Part shown: positions 1 to 11,489 of the stretch, piece by piece | Position numbering within the stretch: the stretch's first letter is position 1 | Layout: each line of letters begins with the position of its first letter | DNA from: Octopus bimaculoides | Lineage: Eukaryota | Assembly (NCBI RefSeq): GCF_001194135.2 | Contig: NC_068990.1 | Span: 75,849,329 to 75,905,527, forward strand | Direction: 5' to 3' | Length of the DNA stretch: 56,199 bases | Program-made: the position numbers and the translations under genes | Notes under the pieces: model-generated | What the model was told of the DNA's origin: nothing | The model's database searches: none | Seen by the model: the letters and a program-made list of their open reading frames with translations, nothing else

Positions 1-374
1 ATACATTGAATATATATGAACTTTATTTAAATAAGTTTGTGTGTGTGTAAATGTGTGTAAATGTATGTAAGCATATAGGTGTGTGTATGTAGGGGAGAAA
101 ACAATGATAGTGAGTTGGAGAGAGATGGGAAACGTTTTATTTACTTTAATTAATATATTAGTTTAGTCTGGAAAATTTTGGTTTACTTTTATGGAAATGA
201 GATTATTTAATGCTAACATCACGGCAAACTGTTGTTGTTGTTGTTGTTGCTTTTGTGGATGCTGTATTTGTGATGTGATTGACGTTGATGCTTGTATTAC
301 CGACGGTGGTGTTAGTAGGGAGGAAATTGTAAGTGGTGGGGAGGGGTAATGCTAATGTTGGTAACTAGTGGAAC

Positions 375-532
375 ATGATCGTCTTCGTCTTCGTCGTCGT
401 CGTCAGCATCAGCACCGCCATCGTCACCAACACCGTCATCATTACAATCGTCGTCCTCGTCATTGTCACCACCACTCGTCATCATTCTCATCAATCCTCA
501 TCAGTCATCTTCATTCATCAAATGTCACCATC

Positions 533-570
<38 letters not shown>

Positions 571-668
571 ATCATTGTCATCGTCCTCGTTGCCGTAGTC
601 ATCATCAACATCATCATGATCATCGTCATTATTGTCGTCAACGTTCACATGGTAATCATCATCATGAC

Positions 669-707
<39 letters not shown>

Positions 708-820
708 TGTAGTCACCATCATCGTCGTCATTGGAGTTGTCATCATAATCATTATCATCATCGTTATTGTCGTCTTTGTCATCGTCAACCTCATCAATAT
801 CATCGTCATTGCCGTTTCAT
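375..820. repeat. Degenerate (CAT/CGT)n trinucleotide microsatellite
   Basis: Long run of catcatcat with cgt variants; explains the poly-H/I/S/M/D ORFs at 312-953. Confidence 0.95.
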
Positions 821-901
821 TTTGAGCTTCACACCTATTAATATTAGAGCAACAGGATACATGCCAAGCTCTCTGGAGCAAAATATGACTGAACTTACAG
901 C

Positions 902-1171
902 GTGGAAGGTGTTTATTAGCCATTTAGAAACACACAAAAAAAAACCCCGTTAGATTCAATTCAACATTTAAATTTAATTTGTGTCAAAATATTTTCGTCG
1001 CTTTGAAACCGCGACCTGTTCACTGACAAAATTTCGTGCTGCGTCTCAGTGAACAAGTCGTGGTTTCAAAGCGACCAAAATAGTTTAACACAAATTAAAT
1101 TTAAATATTGAAGTGAATCTAACGGTTTTTGTGTGTTTGTTTTTTTTAAATGGCTTATAAACACCTTCCAC
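902..1171. mobile_element. Fold-back (MITE-like) element with ~125-bp inverted arms and a 19-nt loop
   Basis: 902-1026 (gtggaaggtgtttat...ctgttcactga) is about 90% identical by eye to the reverse complement of 1046-1171 (tcagtgaacaag...ataaacaccttccac). Confidence 0.8.
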
Positions 1172-1217
1172 NNNNNNNNNNCACACACACATATATATAT
1201 ATATATACACACCCCCC

Positions 1218-1251
<34 letters not shown>

Positions 1252-1252
1252 C

Positions 1253-1312
<60 letters not shown>

Positions 1313-1438
1313 ACATACATATGTATGTATGAATATATACATGTATATACATACATGTATGTGTATATGTTGCAGGCCTTAAATAACATTAGATAACTAT
1401 AGAATAAAAATTCATATTTTTCATAAAGGCACACAAAT

Positions 1439-1920
1439 CGCCTACCTGCTAGAGAGAGGAGTTAAAACCCTCAGTTACTCAAGGCTTGCTACCACCTATA
1501 TGATTGTTGTTGTTATTATCAACTATTTGTATTTACCGCAGATAACAATAGCAATGGCAATATCTGTATAAATATTCACTTCTGAATATTTATTCCTTAT
1601 TGATATATATATATACACTGACGCTGTTCTGATTTTAGCGCAAAACAATTCAGAACGCTGGCAGACTTCGACGTGACGATTTGAGAGTTTTTCACTTGGT
1701 AAAACTTGCTGATAAAGGTTGAGGCTTCTCGCCAGAACAAGAAATCATGTTTCAAGTGTATCCAAATTCCAAATACCACAATATATAGCATTGAGCTGTC
1801 TTGTTATGTCAAAATTCATTAACCCATTCGCCTGACTACCGTTGTTTTTCTATTGAATTTATTTCAGTGTCATTGGTGGCTTAACTGAGGGTTTAAAAAC
1901 CTCTTTCTAGCAGGTAGGTG
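1439..1920. repeat. 39-bp inverted repeat pair, possible MITE termini
   Basis: 1439-1477 cgcctacctgctagagagaggagttaaaaccctcagtta matches the reverse complement of 1882-1920 at 34/39. Confidence 0.65.
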
Positions 1921-1960
1921 CCTTGAGTGCTTTATGATATATATATATATATATATATAT

Positions 1961-2156
1961 GATGAATCGCTAGCCACTAAACCTTTTTCTATTTTCTCTC
2001 CCTGTTTATTTCTGTTCCTTTCTGCCGAAAAGCGTAGGCTCAAAACGTAAAAGACTTTCTCACTTCCCCAGCGTTAAACTAATACATCTGGTTGTTGTTT
2101 ACACTCCCGTCTTCGTCTATTGTTTTTTGTTGTTTTTTTTTTGTAAATTCTCACTA
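1961..2156 (+). mobile_element. Penelope-like element terminal (pseudo-LTR) fragment carrying a decayed hammerhead motif
   Basis: cttt-CTGCCGA-a-AAGC-gtag-GCTC-AAAAC-GTA-aaag has the layout of a minimal type I hammerhead. Minimal hammerheads are a known feature of Penelope-like pLTRs. Family assignment is by motif only. Confidence 0.55.
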
Positions 2157-3887
2157 CATATATATATGCCTATAGAATAAGACATATGAAGACGTTAACG
2201 TCCAATGAACCACATATGACATTATATGGTTGTCTGTTTTCAGAAGCTCTTTTTGTAACTTCTTAGTTTCAGCTTTTTCTAAGAAGCTCGCTTAGCAACC
2301 TCGTCTTTTCAAAGTCAGATTACTAAGCTCTTCGTATTATAGCACCAGGCCTGCTAATCCATTACGAGTGTAATTAGTAACTGGAAATTGGGAAGCCGTC
2401 ACAGCTATTGTTGGTCTTTAAACTCCCTGAATTTTAGCAGTTTGTCAAGAGAGCTACGATATTATATTCTCCAGATTAACATTAAGTAAAGGGCCAGATT
2501 GATTGATTTAACCCTTCAAGGCTGCTGCAGCCCCATGACTGAAACAAGTAAAAGTTCACATATATACATGCATACACGCATACACAAACTCAAGCACGCG
2601 AATACGCACACACAAGCACTGACGCAAGCGCGTGCATGCACATATACCCACGCTCATACATACTCGTTCAAAATCCATTTCTGAAAACTGAGCGTATTAG
2701 TTTTAGTCAACTTACTTTTTGTCAGTCAATAAACGTTTCAAAAGATTACGTTCAACGTAATCCTCCTCAGTCTGATTCTACGTTTTCTTTCATTTTTAAT
2801 CGGAAAAACCCATCAAAAAGAAGTCGTTTTAGATAAATATCTCTTGATTTTCAACCACGCTCCATTGATCAAATTTTAGTTGTTTATTATTTAAGTACAA
2901 TTTACTTCATAACTTGTCTAGATTGAATATAGCTTGAATCGGATGAAAAACGTTAAGACCTAGTGTTATTTTCATTTAATTGTTCTAATTATTATTTTTA
3001 TTCTCTGTTTTCTACTTTATATTCTTCTACTCCATGTTTTGTTCTATTCTTCTTTCTAGATATATGTTGGTGAATTACCAAACAATAAAGATCGATAGCG
3101 TCGATATTCCAAGTTTTTTAGATATCATCATTACAATTTTGATACTCAAATTTACAGTTGTAACGTTATTTCTTAAGCTTGAAATATCCAACAATACCTT
3201 ATCATGAAAACGTAAAACAGTGAAAGTCAAAACTATGATGTGTATATGCATTCTTGACACGTTCCAGAAGATTTGAAAGTGAATTTGACATTTGCAATTG
3301 TATTTTACCTTCAGAGAACAACTGCTCCTATTAGACGATTTTGCTGACGCATTTAAGTTAGTTATAAACGAAGACTTTGAGACACCGCTGTTTTTCCCTC
3401 ATTGTGTCCTTTCAGTCATAAGTAATTCCCAAACACTCAATCTTTACACGACTTGTGATTACTGTTTGCAGAATTCAGCAAACGGATTATTTACTAAAGA
3501 AAACTGTACATAAATAGATATTCTCTTATAACAATTAATGCCGAACTATTAAAAACATAAATACTCGCTAAATATTTTATACACTATGGCGCTAAAAGAA
3601 TTTATGAATGCTTCTGAATGTTCTATAACGAATGCTTTGCGAAGGAGGCAGGGTAGATCTTTACGCAGGAGCGTTTTACAAACTGTGAAACGATGCATCG
3701 GGAATATTTCGCGTCTCTATTATGCGTATGAAAAGGTTAAATTCAATGTGTTTACATTTTCAAATCCTGCACAGCTAGGATTTGTTAAATACATATATAT
3801 AGATACATACACACACACACACGCACACACACACACACACACACACTCACACACATACGTACACAATCACACTCACACACACATATA

Positions 3888-3935
<48 letters not shown>

Positions 3936-4580
3936 NNNNNNNNNNNNNNNNNNNNNNNNNNNNNNNNNNNNNNNNNNNNNNNNNNNNNNNNNNNNNNNNN
4001 NNNNNNNNNNNNNNNNNNNNNNNNNNNNNNNNNNNNNNNNNNNNNNNNNNNNNNNNNNNNNNNNNNNNNNNNNNNNNNNNNNNNNNNNNNNNNNNNNNNN
4101 NNNNNNNNNNNNNNNNNNNNNNNNNNNNNNNNNNNNNNNNNNNNNNNNNNNNNNNNNNNNNNNNNNNNNNNNNNNNNNNNNNNNNNNNNNNNNNNNNNNN
4201 NNNNNNNNNNNNNNNNNNNNNNNNNNNNNNNNNNNNNNNNNNNNNNNNNNNNNNNNNNNNNNNNNNNNNNNNNNNNNNNNNNNNNNNNNNNNNNNNNNNN
4301 NNNNNNNNNNNNNNNNNNNNNNNNNNNNNNNNNNNNNNNNNNNNNNNNNNNNNNNNNNNNNNNNNNNNNNNNNNNNNNNNNNNNNNNNNNNNNNNNNNNN
4401 NNNNNNNNNNNNNNNNNNNNNNNNNNNNNNNNNNNNNNNNNNNNNNNNNNNNNNNNNNNNNNNNNNNNNNNNNNNNNNNNNNNNNNNNNNNNNNNNNNNN
4501 NNNNNNNNNNNNNNNNNNNNNNNNNNNNNNNNNNNNNNNNNNNNNNNNNNNNNNNNNNNNNNNNNNNNNNNNNNNNNNNN
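3936..4580. other. Assembly gap. Other large gaps: 5602-5958, 15452-16105, 25864-26308, 30491-30898, 38521-39116, plus many smaller ones
   Basis: Runs of N, nearly always flanked by (TA)n or (CA)n microsatellites. Confidence 1.
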
Positions 4581-4631
<51 letters not shown>

Positions 4632-4804
4632 ATGTATGTATGTATGTATGTATGTATATATATATATGTAAGGTACTGTAACGCGTAACACGTTATCTAA
4701 GATCACGTTCAGTAGTGGTTGCATACTCCACTCCAGTATCCAGTGTAGTATGATGCGGGTCATTAACTTTGCATAACCTAATGCCCTGAATACGTGCCAA
4801 ATAA

Positions 4805-4963
4805 TGGTTTCCAATTTTGGCAGAGAATCAGCGGTTTTTGAGCGGATGGTGTGAAATCGATTACATCAATCTTAGTACTCAACTGGTATTTATTTTATCA
4901 GTCCTGAAAGGATGAACACCTCGGTGAAATTTTAACTCAGAACACGAAAACGGACGAAATGCT
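4805..4963 (-). mobile_element. Degenerate tRNA-derived SINE, family A (Meta/MESC-like core)
   Basis: Reverse-strand remnant of the family A sequence seen intact at 14221 and 29779 (ctgagtt, cctttc, accagtt, gtactaag, taatcga blocks). Confidence 0.65.
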
Positions 4964-5458
4964 TTATAGAACATACATGCGTTTCAGTATTTTGTTGAAA
5001 CACGTGTATGTCCTGTAAAGCATTGAATACATCCATGGTTTCTGTTTCATAATAAAGTTATGTCTCATATTAGCAAATTGTTTCATCCAAGGCGGAAATA
5101 CTTATTCTAAGCAATTTCTTAAAATGGGTGTGTTTCTTTAGCTAAAACGTTCGGTAGAATGTGTCGTGTATTTTATTTTTGAAGTTAAAATATAAATTCA
5201 TTGACTTTTATTTAAAAACAGACCACGACTCACACTTTTGAGAATCTTCACACTTCGAAAACAAATAAACAAGAACATTCATTTCAAGTAATCCCACTAT
5301 TCGAAATTTCTCGTTCGAGGACGAAATTACTATTGACTATGAACCGTTGAGCTTTTCAAATCGTACCAATTATTACTCTACAGACACAGTCACTTCTCTC
5401 TTCCTTTGGTTCCACTTTAGATTACTATAAACTTCTCTCTCTCTCTGTTCTCTTTCTT

Positions 5459-5529
<71 letters not shown>

Positions 5530-5958
5530 ACACATATATATATTTATGCATGTATGTGTGTATACATATATGCGTTTAGGTGTACATATGAATATATATA
5601 TNNNNNNNNNNNNNNNNNNNNNNNNNNNNNNNNNNNNNNNNNNNNNNNNNNNNNNNNNNNNNNNNNNNNNNNNNNNNNNNNNNNNNNNNNNNNNNNNNNN
5701 NNNNNNNNNNNNNNNNNNNNNNNNNNNNNNNNNNNNNNNNNNNNNNNNNNNNNNNNNNNNNNNNNNNNNNNNNNNNNNNNNNNNNNNNNNNNNNNNNNNN
5801 NNNNNNNNNNNNNNNNNNNNNNNNNNNNNNNNNNNNNNNNNNNNNNNNNNNNNNNNNNNNNNNNNNNNNNNNNNNNNNNNNNNNNNNNNNNNNNNNNNNN
5901 NNNNNNNNNNNNNNNNNNNNNNNNNNNNNNNNNNNNNNNNNNNNNNNNNNNNNNNNNN

Positions 5959-6009
<51 letters not shown>

Positions 6010-6356
6010 CATATACAGAGAGAGGTGGTGATAAGTTTGTATGTAATTAGACTATTGAGTCATTTTACTATTTGCAACACGTGTTGTTTATGAGTCACGT
6101 ATTTGCACTTCATATTTTAATACTTACATTATATTTATATCCGTTCAAATTACTGCCGCCGATTCTATTCAGAAACACATTCGAACCAAGTGCATCTTAT
6201 TAGGCTTCTACGACGACATACAAAGACGACCATATTTCATTTCGCGAAGGCATTGGGGTGGGTAGTGTTAATAAGAAATCAGGATAGATATAAGCAATAT
6301 GTGATATGTCTGTTAGCCGGTATAGAACACCTTTTTGATCAGTCAGTGATAGAGTC

Positions 6357-6718
6357 CAGCGCTGGATAAGCCATTAAGCAAAACAATCACGAGCTTAGAG
6401 CCTCAAGGGAAGGTGGGCACCACAGAAATGGTAAATGGTTTACGGCACAAAAGCAACAACTTTAAACTTGCTAGAATATTATACGAATTGTTTTATATGA
6501 TCGAAATATAATTTGGAATTATTCATGGTGTCATTGTGCGGATTTTATTAAAGGCTTTGCAATTAAAACAAGTAGGAGAAAACTTTTCAAATACAAATAA
6601 AATTTTGAAAAATGAAAATTTATTTTATGTTTTATTATTGTTTATATTTTGAATTGCATATTTATGGGGCACCAAATTGCATATGTATGGGGCACCAAAA
6701 TTCTGCTAATCCGACCTT
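6357..6718. mobile_element. hAT-type MITE relic
   Basis: Degenerate terminal inverted repeats (cagcgctggataag ... ctaatccgacctt), subterminal GGGCACCA motifs at both ends, and a 23-bp tandem duplication (ttgcatat.tatggggcaccaaa) at about 6653-6700. Confidence 0.45.
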
Positions 6719-8046
6719 AATGGAGCCTATTCGTGGGATATTTGATCTGTAAGCTATAACACCTAAATCTCTCTCTAATATCTCATGCAGTCGTCTTAGC
6801 CCTTTCCCTGTCATGTGTATCACATGCAATACAAAGGATGTGGATTACAGATGGCGTCTATGAATTATATAAAATACGCATTCTCAATTTTTCAACCTCC
6901 ACTATAATTTTGGGCTTATGGACGGTAACTTTTATGGAAGGTAATCTTATGGAAGGTAAGTGTGAAAATAACATACACGTTTAGGACAAGCAAAGATACT
7001 TTGGGCAGACAAAGGGCTAACGAATCCTGACATACCTAACTCTATCTGGGATATTTCAATTAAGACTGATATGGAGTTAAACAACAGCAATAGCAATCAT
7101 CTTTTGTGATTTAAAGCCAATGTGATTCTAAATTATCGCTCTGTCTTCCAGAAATAACAGCCAAATCTCTGTAATTATTGTGCTGCATCCTTATAAAATG
7201 AAAAGACTGAATAATGTTGTCAATGTAAATAGTTTTTTTTAAAAAGTGAGAGGAAAGGAAACGACAGAATATTCAAAGTTTCAATTCGCTTATTCACCCT
7301 TCACTGTAGCCAAGAACAAATTTGAGTGAAACAACAACATACTGGCTGAAGACTGGCTGAAGAACGAAGACATTAGAAGAATGAGGCAACAACGGAATCA
7401 AACGCAGTAAATTCATATACAAAAGGCAAGATAACGTCCCACGCTTTGAACTTCCTTCAAGTTTCATAGCATGTTTTTCATCTGTATGCACAAATGCATA
7501 AATTCGTTAGCTGAATCGGTAGCTTCACAAACTGAATTGAACAGAAACGAATTGAGTGAGTTTCACTACTGTAGACCCTCGACAACTTAGGAAAAATTTT
7601 CACTAATGGTGTCTGAATTCTGATCACATGCAGACGAAACTGAATATCAGGATGTGTTTCCTCTGAAAATTACATTCTAAAAAATGTACCCACGATATGA
7701 TGAACCAATAAAATAACTGTTCTGTAGATATATAGAATCAATTTCAGCCCACAATAATTCCTGCCGTCTTAAAGAAGAGAACGACATTTTGAACAATATG
7801 CCCCAGGAAACACAAGTAAATAAAGACGTGATGGCCATAAGTGGAAAGCTGTTTATGAGAGATTTTGATGACTCAACATTCGTCTGGGACGCTGGAAAAC
7901 GACAACAATAAATCAAATCGATAAGAGAATTTAAGCAGACTGAGCCGGCAATTAAAAGGAAACTAAAATGGTATTCACAAATTGAATCCAGAGATGTTTT
8001 AATTTTTCTCCTTTTACTTTAGAGTTAATTTTGACTGGACAACTAC

Positions 8047-8460
8047 TTACTCTTTTACTCTTTTACTTGTTTCAGTCATTTGACTGTGGCCATGCTGGAG
8101 CACCGCTTTTTAGTCGAGCTAATCGACCCTAGGACTTATTCTTTGTAAGCCTAGTACTTATTCCATCGGTCTCTTTTGCCGAACCGCTAAGTTACAGGGA
8201 CGTAAACACACCACCATCGGTTGTCAAGCGATGTTGGGGGGACAAACACAGACACACAAACATATACACACACATACATATATATATATATACATATATA
8301 CGACAGGCTTCTTTCAGTTTCCGTCTACCAAATCCACTCACAAGGCTTTGGTCGGCCCGAGGCTATAGTAGAAGGCACTTGCCTAAGATGCCACGCAGTG
8401 GGAATGAATCCGGAACCATGCGGTTGGTAAGCAAACTACTTACCACACAGCCACTCCTGC
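8047..8460 (-). mobile_element. Full-length tRNA-derived CORE-type SINE, family B (octopus OR-type)
   Basis: Minus strand has a tRNA-like head (gcaggagtggctgtgtggtaag ... ggttccggattcattccc), a CORE-like cttaggcaagtgccttctact block, an internal (TA/CA)n tract, and a tgactgaaacaagtaaaagagtaaaagagtaa tail. Confidence 0.9.
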
Positions 8461-9174
8461 ACCTTGGTAGCAAGGTTGAGAAAGAAAGCACATTTTTTGT
8501 TCATCATTCTTCAAATCTTAAGATCTTGCAGATTATTTCTTGTCCTAAATATTGTAATCATTTGTCATGTATGAATTAGGAAGTTGCATTCTCATTCCAT
8601 GAACCCAATTCCAGCCATATTTTGCTCTAGGCTGATCGGTACGTATATTTCTGAAAGGGTATCTTGGGTGCTGGATCTGCAAACTCCTTACTATTTGTCA
8701 ATAGATATCCCCCCTCTCTCTCTCTACTCTATTTTTCTGACAATGTAAGTGTTTATGCATTCATATATGTATGTTAATATTCAGTTTTATTTGAAGATTT
8801 CTGTCTATAGAGAAAGAGTCGATTTGTAACATAGATCCAAGGCTCCTTTATTTGAATTTCAGCATCAACAGGGTACTTTTGTTTGTTTGTGCGTAAATGT
8901 GCAGTATTTGGAGTCAATGCATATGCACACTTGAATGTTTTGTTTTATGTATGTATTTTCATGCATGGAGCTGCATGTTTGCACATGCGCATATATATTT
9001 AAATGATAAAATTGTGGAAAGTTTTACAAATTTTTACAGCTCCAGTGAAGGCTTGGATTGTAGTCTTCGAATCAGTTTTCTCCTTTCTGGTTTTGAGAAG
9101 CCTAATTTCTCCAGATTGGAACTTAGGCAGTGTGTTTTGCATGTGTGTGTGTCTGTGCGCGAGCGGATGTGTGC

Positions 9175-9219
<45 letters not shown>

Positions 9220-9609
9220 TATGTGTGTGAATGTGTGTGTCTGTGTGTATATGTGTATGTGAAGAACTTGCACTGAAATCATTTTTCTCTCTTTTCTCCA
9301 TATTCTGTCTAAAACGAGAAATCTGGTTTTACCCTACGATGTCTAATTCCATTTAAATGGAAGCCTGGAGTGTAATTAATAGCTATTATTGTCAACTTCA
9401 ATATTTTACCTTTTAATCAAGGAGTCAATCAGTCAGTATATGCATAACGCAAGCACATATACAAATGCATACAAGACATACACACACACACCACACACAT
9501 TGATACTGAGATCTACATGAGCGAGTGCATCACCCCCCCCCCCNNNNNNNNNNNNNNNNNNNNNNNNNNNNNNNNNNNNNNNNNNNNATATATATATATA
9601 TATATATAT

Positions 9610-9611
<2 letters not shown>

Positions 9612-9656
<45 letters not shown>

Positions 9657-9657
9657 T
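9612..9657. repeat. (GATA)n microsatellite. Others at about 17889-17941, 47301-47341, 50408-50491 and 55840-56036
   Basis: Directly visible tetranucleotide arrays. Confidence 0.95.
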
Positions 9658-9688
9658 GTATGTATATATACATATATAAGTATATGCA

Positions 9689-9746
<58 letters not shown>

Positions 9747-10036
9747 NNNNNNNNNNNNNNNNNNNNNNNNNNNNNNNNNNNNNNNNNNNNNATATATATA
9801 TATATATATATATATATACGTGTGTGTGTGCGTGTGTGTGTGCGTGTGTGTGTATGTATGTATGTGTGTTTGCATGTATATACGGTCGTTCAGTTTGCAG
9901 TGTGTATCTTGCGACACACTGTACGAATATGTGCGTGTTTGAACTTGTGTGTACATGTGTGTATGGATGTATCTCTGTATGTACGTATGTGTTTATGTAT
10001 GTATATATATACACACTTAAATATATATATGTGTGT

Positions 10037-10124
<88 letters not shown>

Positions 10125-11489
10125 GTATATGTATGCATATATTTACACATATATGTGTAAATATGTCTGTATGTACGTACATATGTATGTATGTATGATT
10201 GTACGTATGCATGTGTCTATATATTCTTACGTATACATATAGAATGAGTAACAACTTTTACTCGCCGGCGAGCAAAGACATTGCGTACATGAATTTACAA
10301 TTTTGTAAATCGTGACACTAGCCTCGGACGATCTGCTGTTGGCAGGACAATAAACCATACTGCGCATATTGGTATTAGCAGCAATGTGCTTCCCTGTCAA
10401 ATATGTAAATGCCTATTTTTTTTAGGCGCAGTGGATGATAGTTTTGCGAATACCTCGCATCAGCACCGTTGAAAATGTCAGTTAGAGTAAATACGGACAT
10501 CATGAATGTTGATGTTGATGTACAATCAACTGTGGTTCTTGTTATTATAAAATATGGTGTTTATCGGTGCAATAAACTTTTGTTTAACTTTTTTATATAA
10601 TGTAGCGTTTTACAACGAAGAGTTTTGTGTATTGATTTATGCTAATGATTTTGCTTTCGTCATTTATACTTGTTTGTTGTAGTTCTCGCTTGCATGTTGA
10701 CATCTGACGAAAAATGAATTCTTTTTAAAAACCGAAACATTCTGTGCAGTCACCTGGCCGGGATGAAGTACGGAAAACACTTTCTCAAACTGCCGTTGCA
10801 TCAAAAGAATTTGACGGCTGGCAGGCGGAATATTTCATTACTATTCCTTCAAACCTGATGGAACTGGCATAGAAGATTAGCATTGCTGGACAATCAATGA
10901 AATGCGTCAAAATCAGCAACGTTAACGTCCAGTATTGGTTAATTGAAAAGTACCAATACTTCTGCAAAACATTCCCGGCCATAAATCTTGGAAGTCGGTT
11001 TTATATCACTGAACTCTCTCCGGACTACTAATACTTTTTGAGTATCTTTCTAATTTCCTGCCAAAGATGTTCTTCAACAAAAACATAAAGAATTCCTTGA
11101 TTCCAGTACTCTAGAGCTGTATGTATGTATGTATGTATGTATGAATATATGTTCCTGTGTATGTTTCCATACTTACAAAAGTTAAGGAGTGAGGTACTGA
11201 ATGTCGTACGAATTAAATTCTATATTTATTAAATATTCCCCTAGAATTGGAAAAAGTAAATAAAATGTAGTACCAATCGTTAGCGAATTTCACAGCTAAA
11301 GAAAGATAATTTCAGATCTTTTATACATACTTACATACATTTATCCATACATTCATATATATATACACATACACACGTATATATGTATGCGTGTGTACAC
11401 ATACACACACACACACACAGACACTCATATATATTGTGTCTGTTTATGTGTGTGTATTTGCTTTCTAAATTTACACAATGATGAAGATT

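Noticed and set aside
3305-3422. Possible plus-strand exon (ttaccttcag acceptor, EQLLLLDDFADAFKLVINEDFETPLF...)
   Set aside because: Weak donor, no recognisable protein similarity and no partner exons.
10261-10272. Perfect GC palindrome ctcgccggcgag as a Helitron 3' hairpin
   Set aside because: No CTRR terminus at the expected distance and no other Helitron evidence.
10700-10755. CTGACGA...CGAAAC as a hammerhead
   Set aside because: No helix II closing before GAAA and no helix I pairing.
10760-11100. Coding-like stretch next to the hAT relic
   Set aside because: All frames have stops and I could not match any motif. Left unassigned; BLASTX would settle it.
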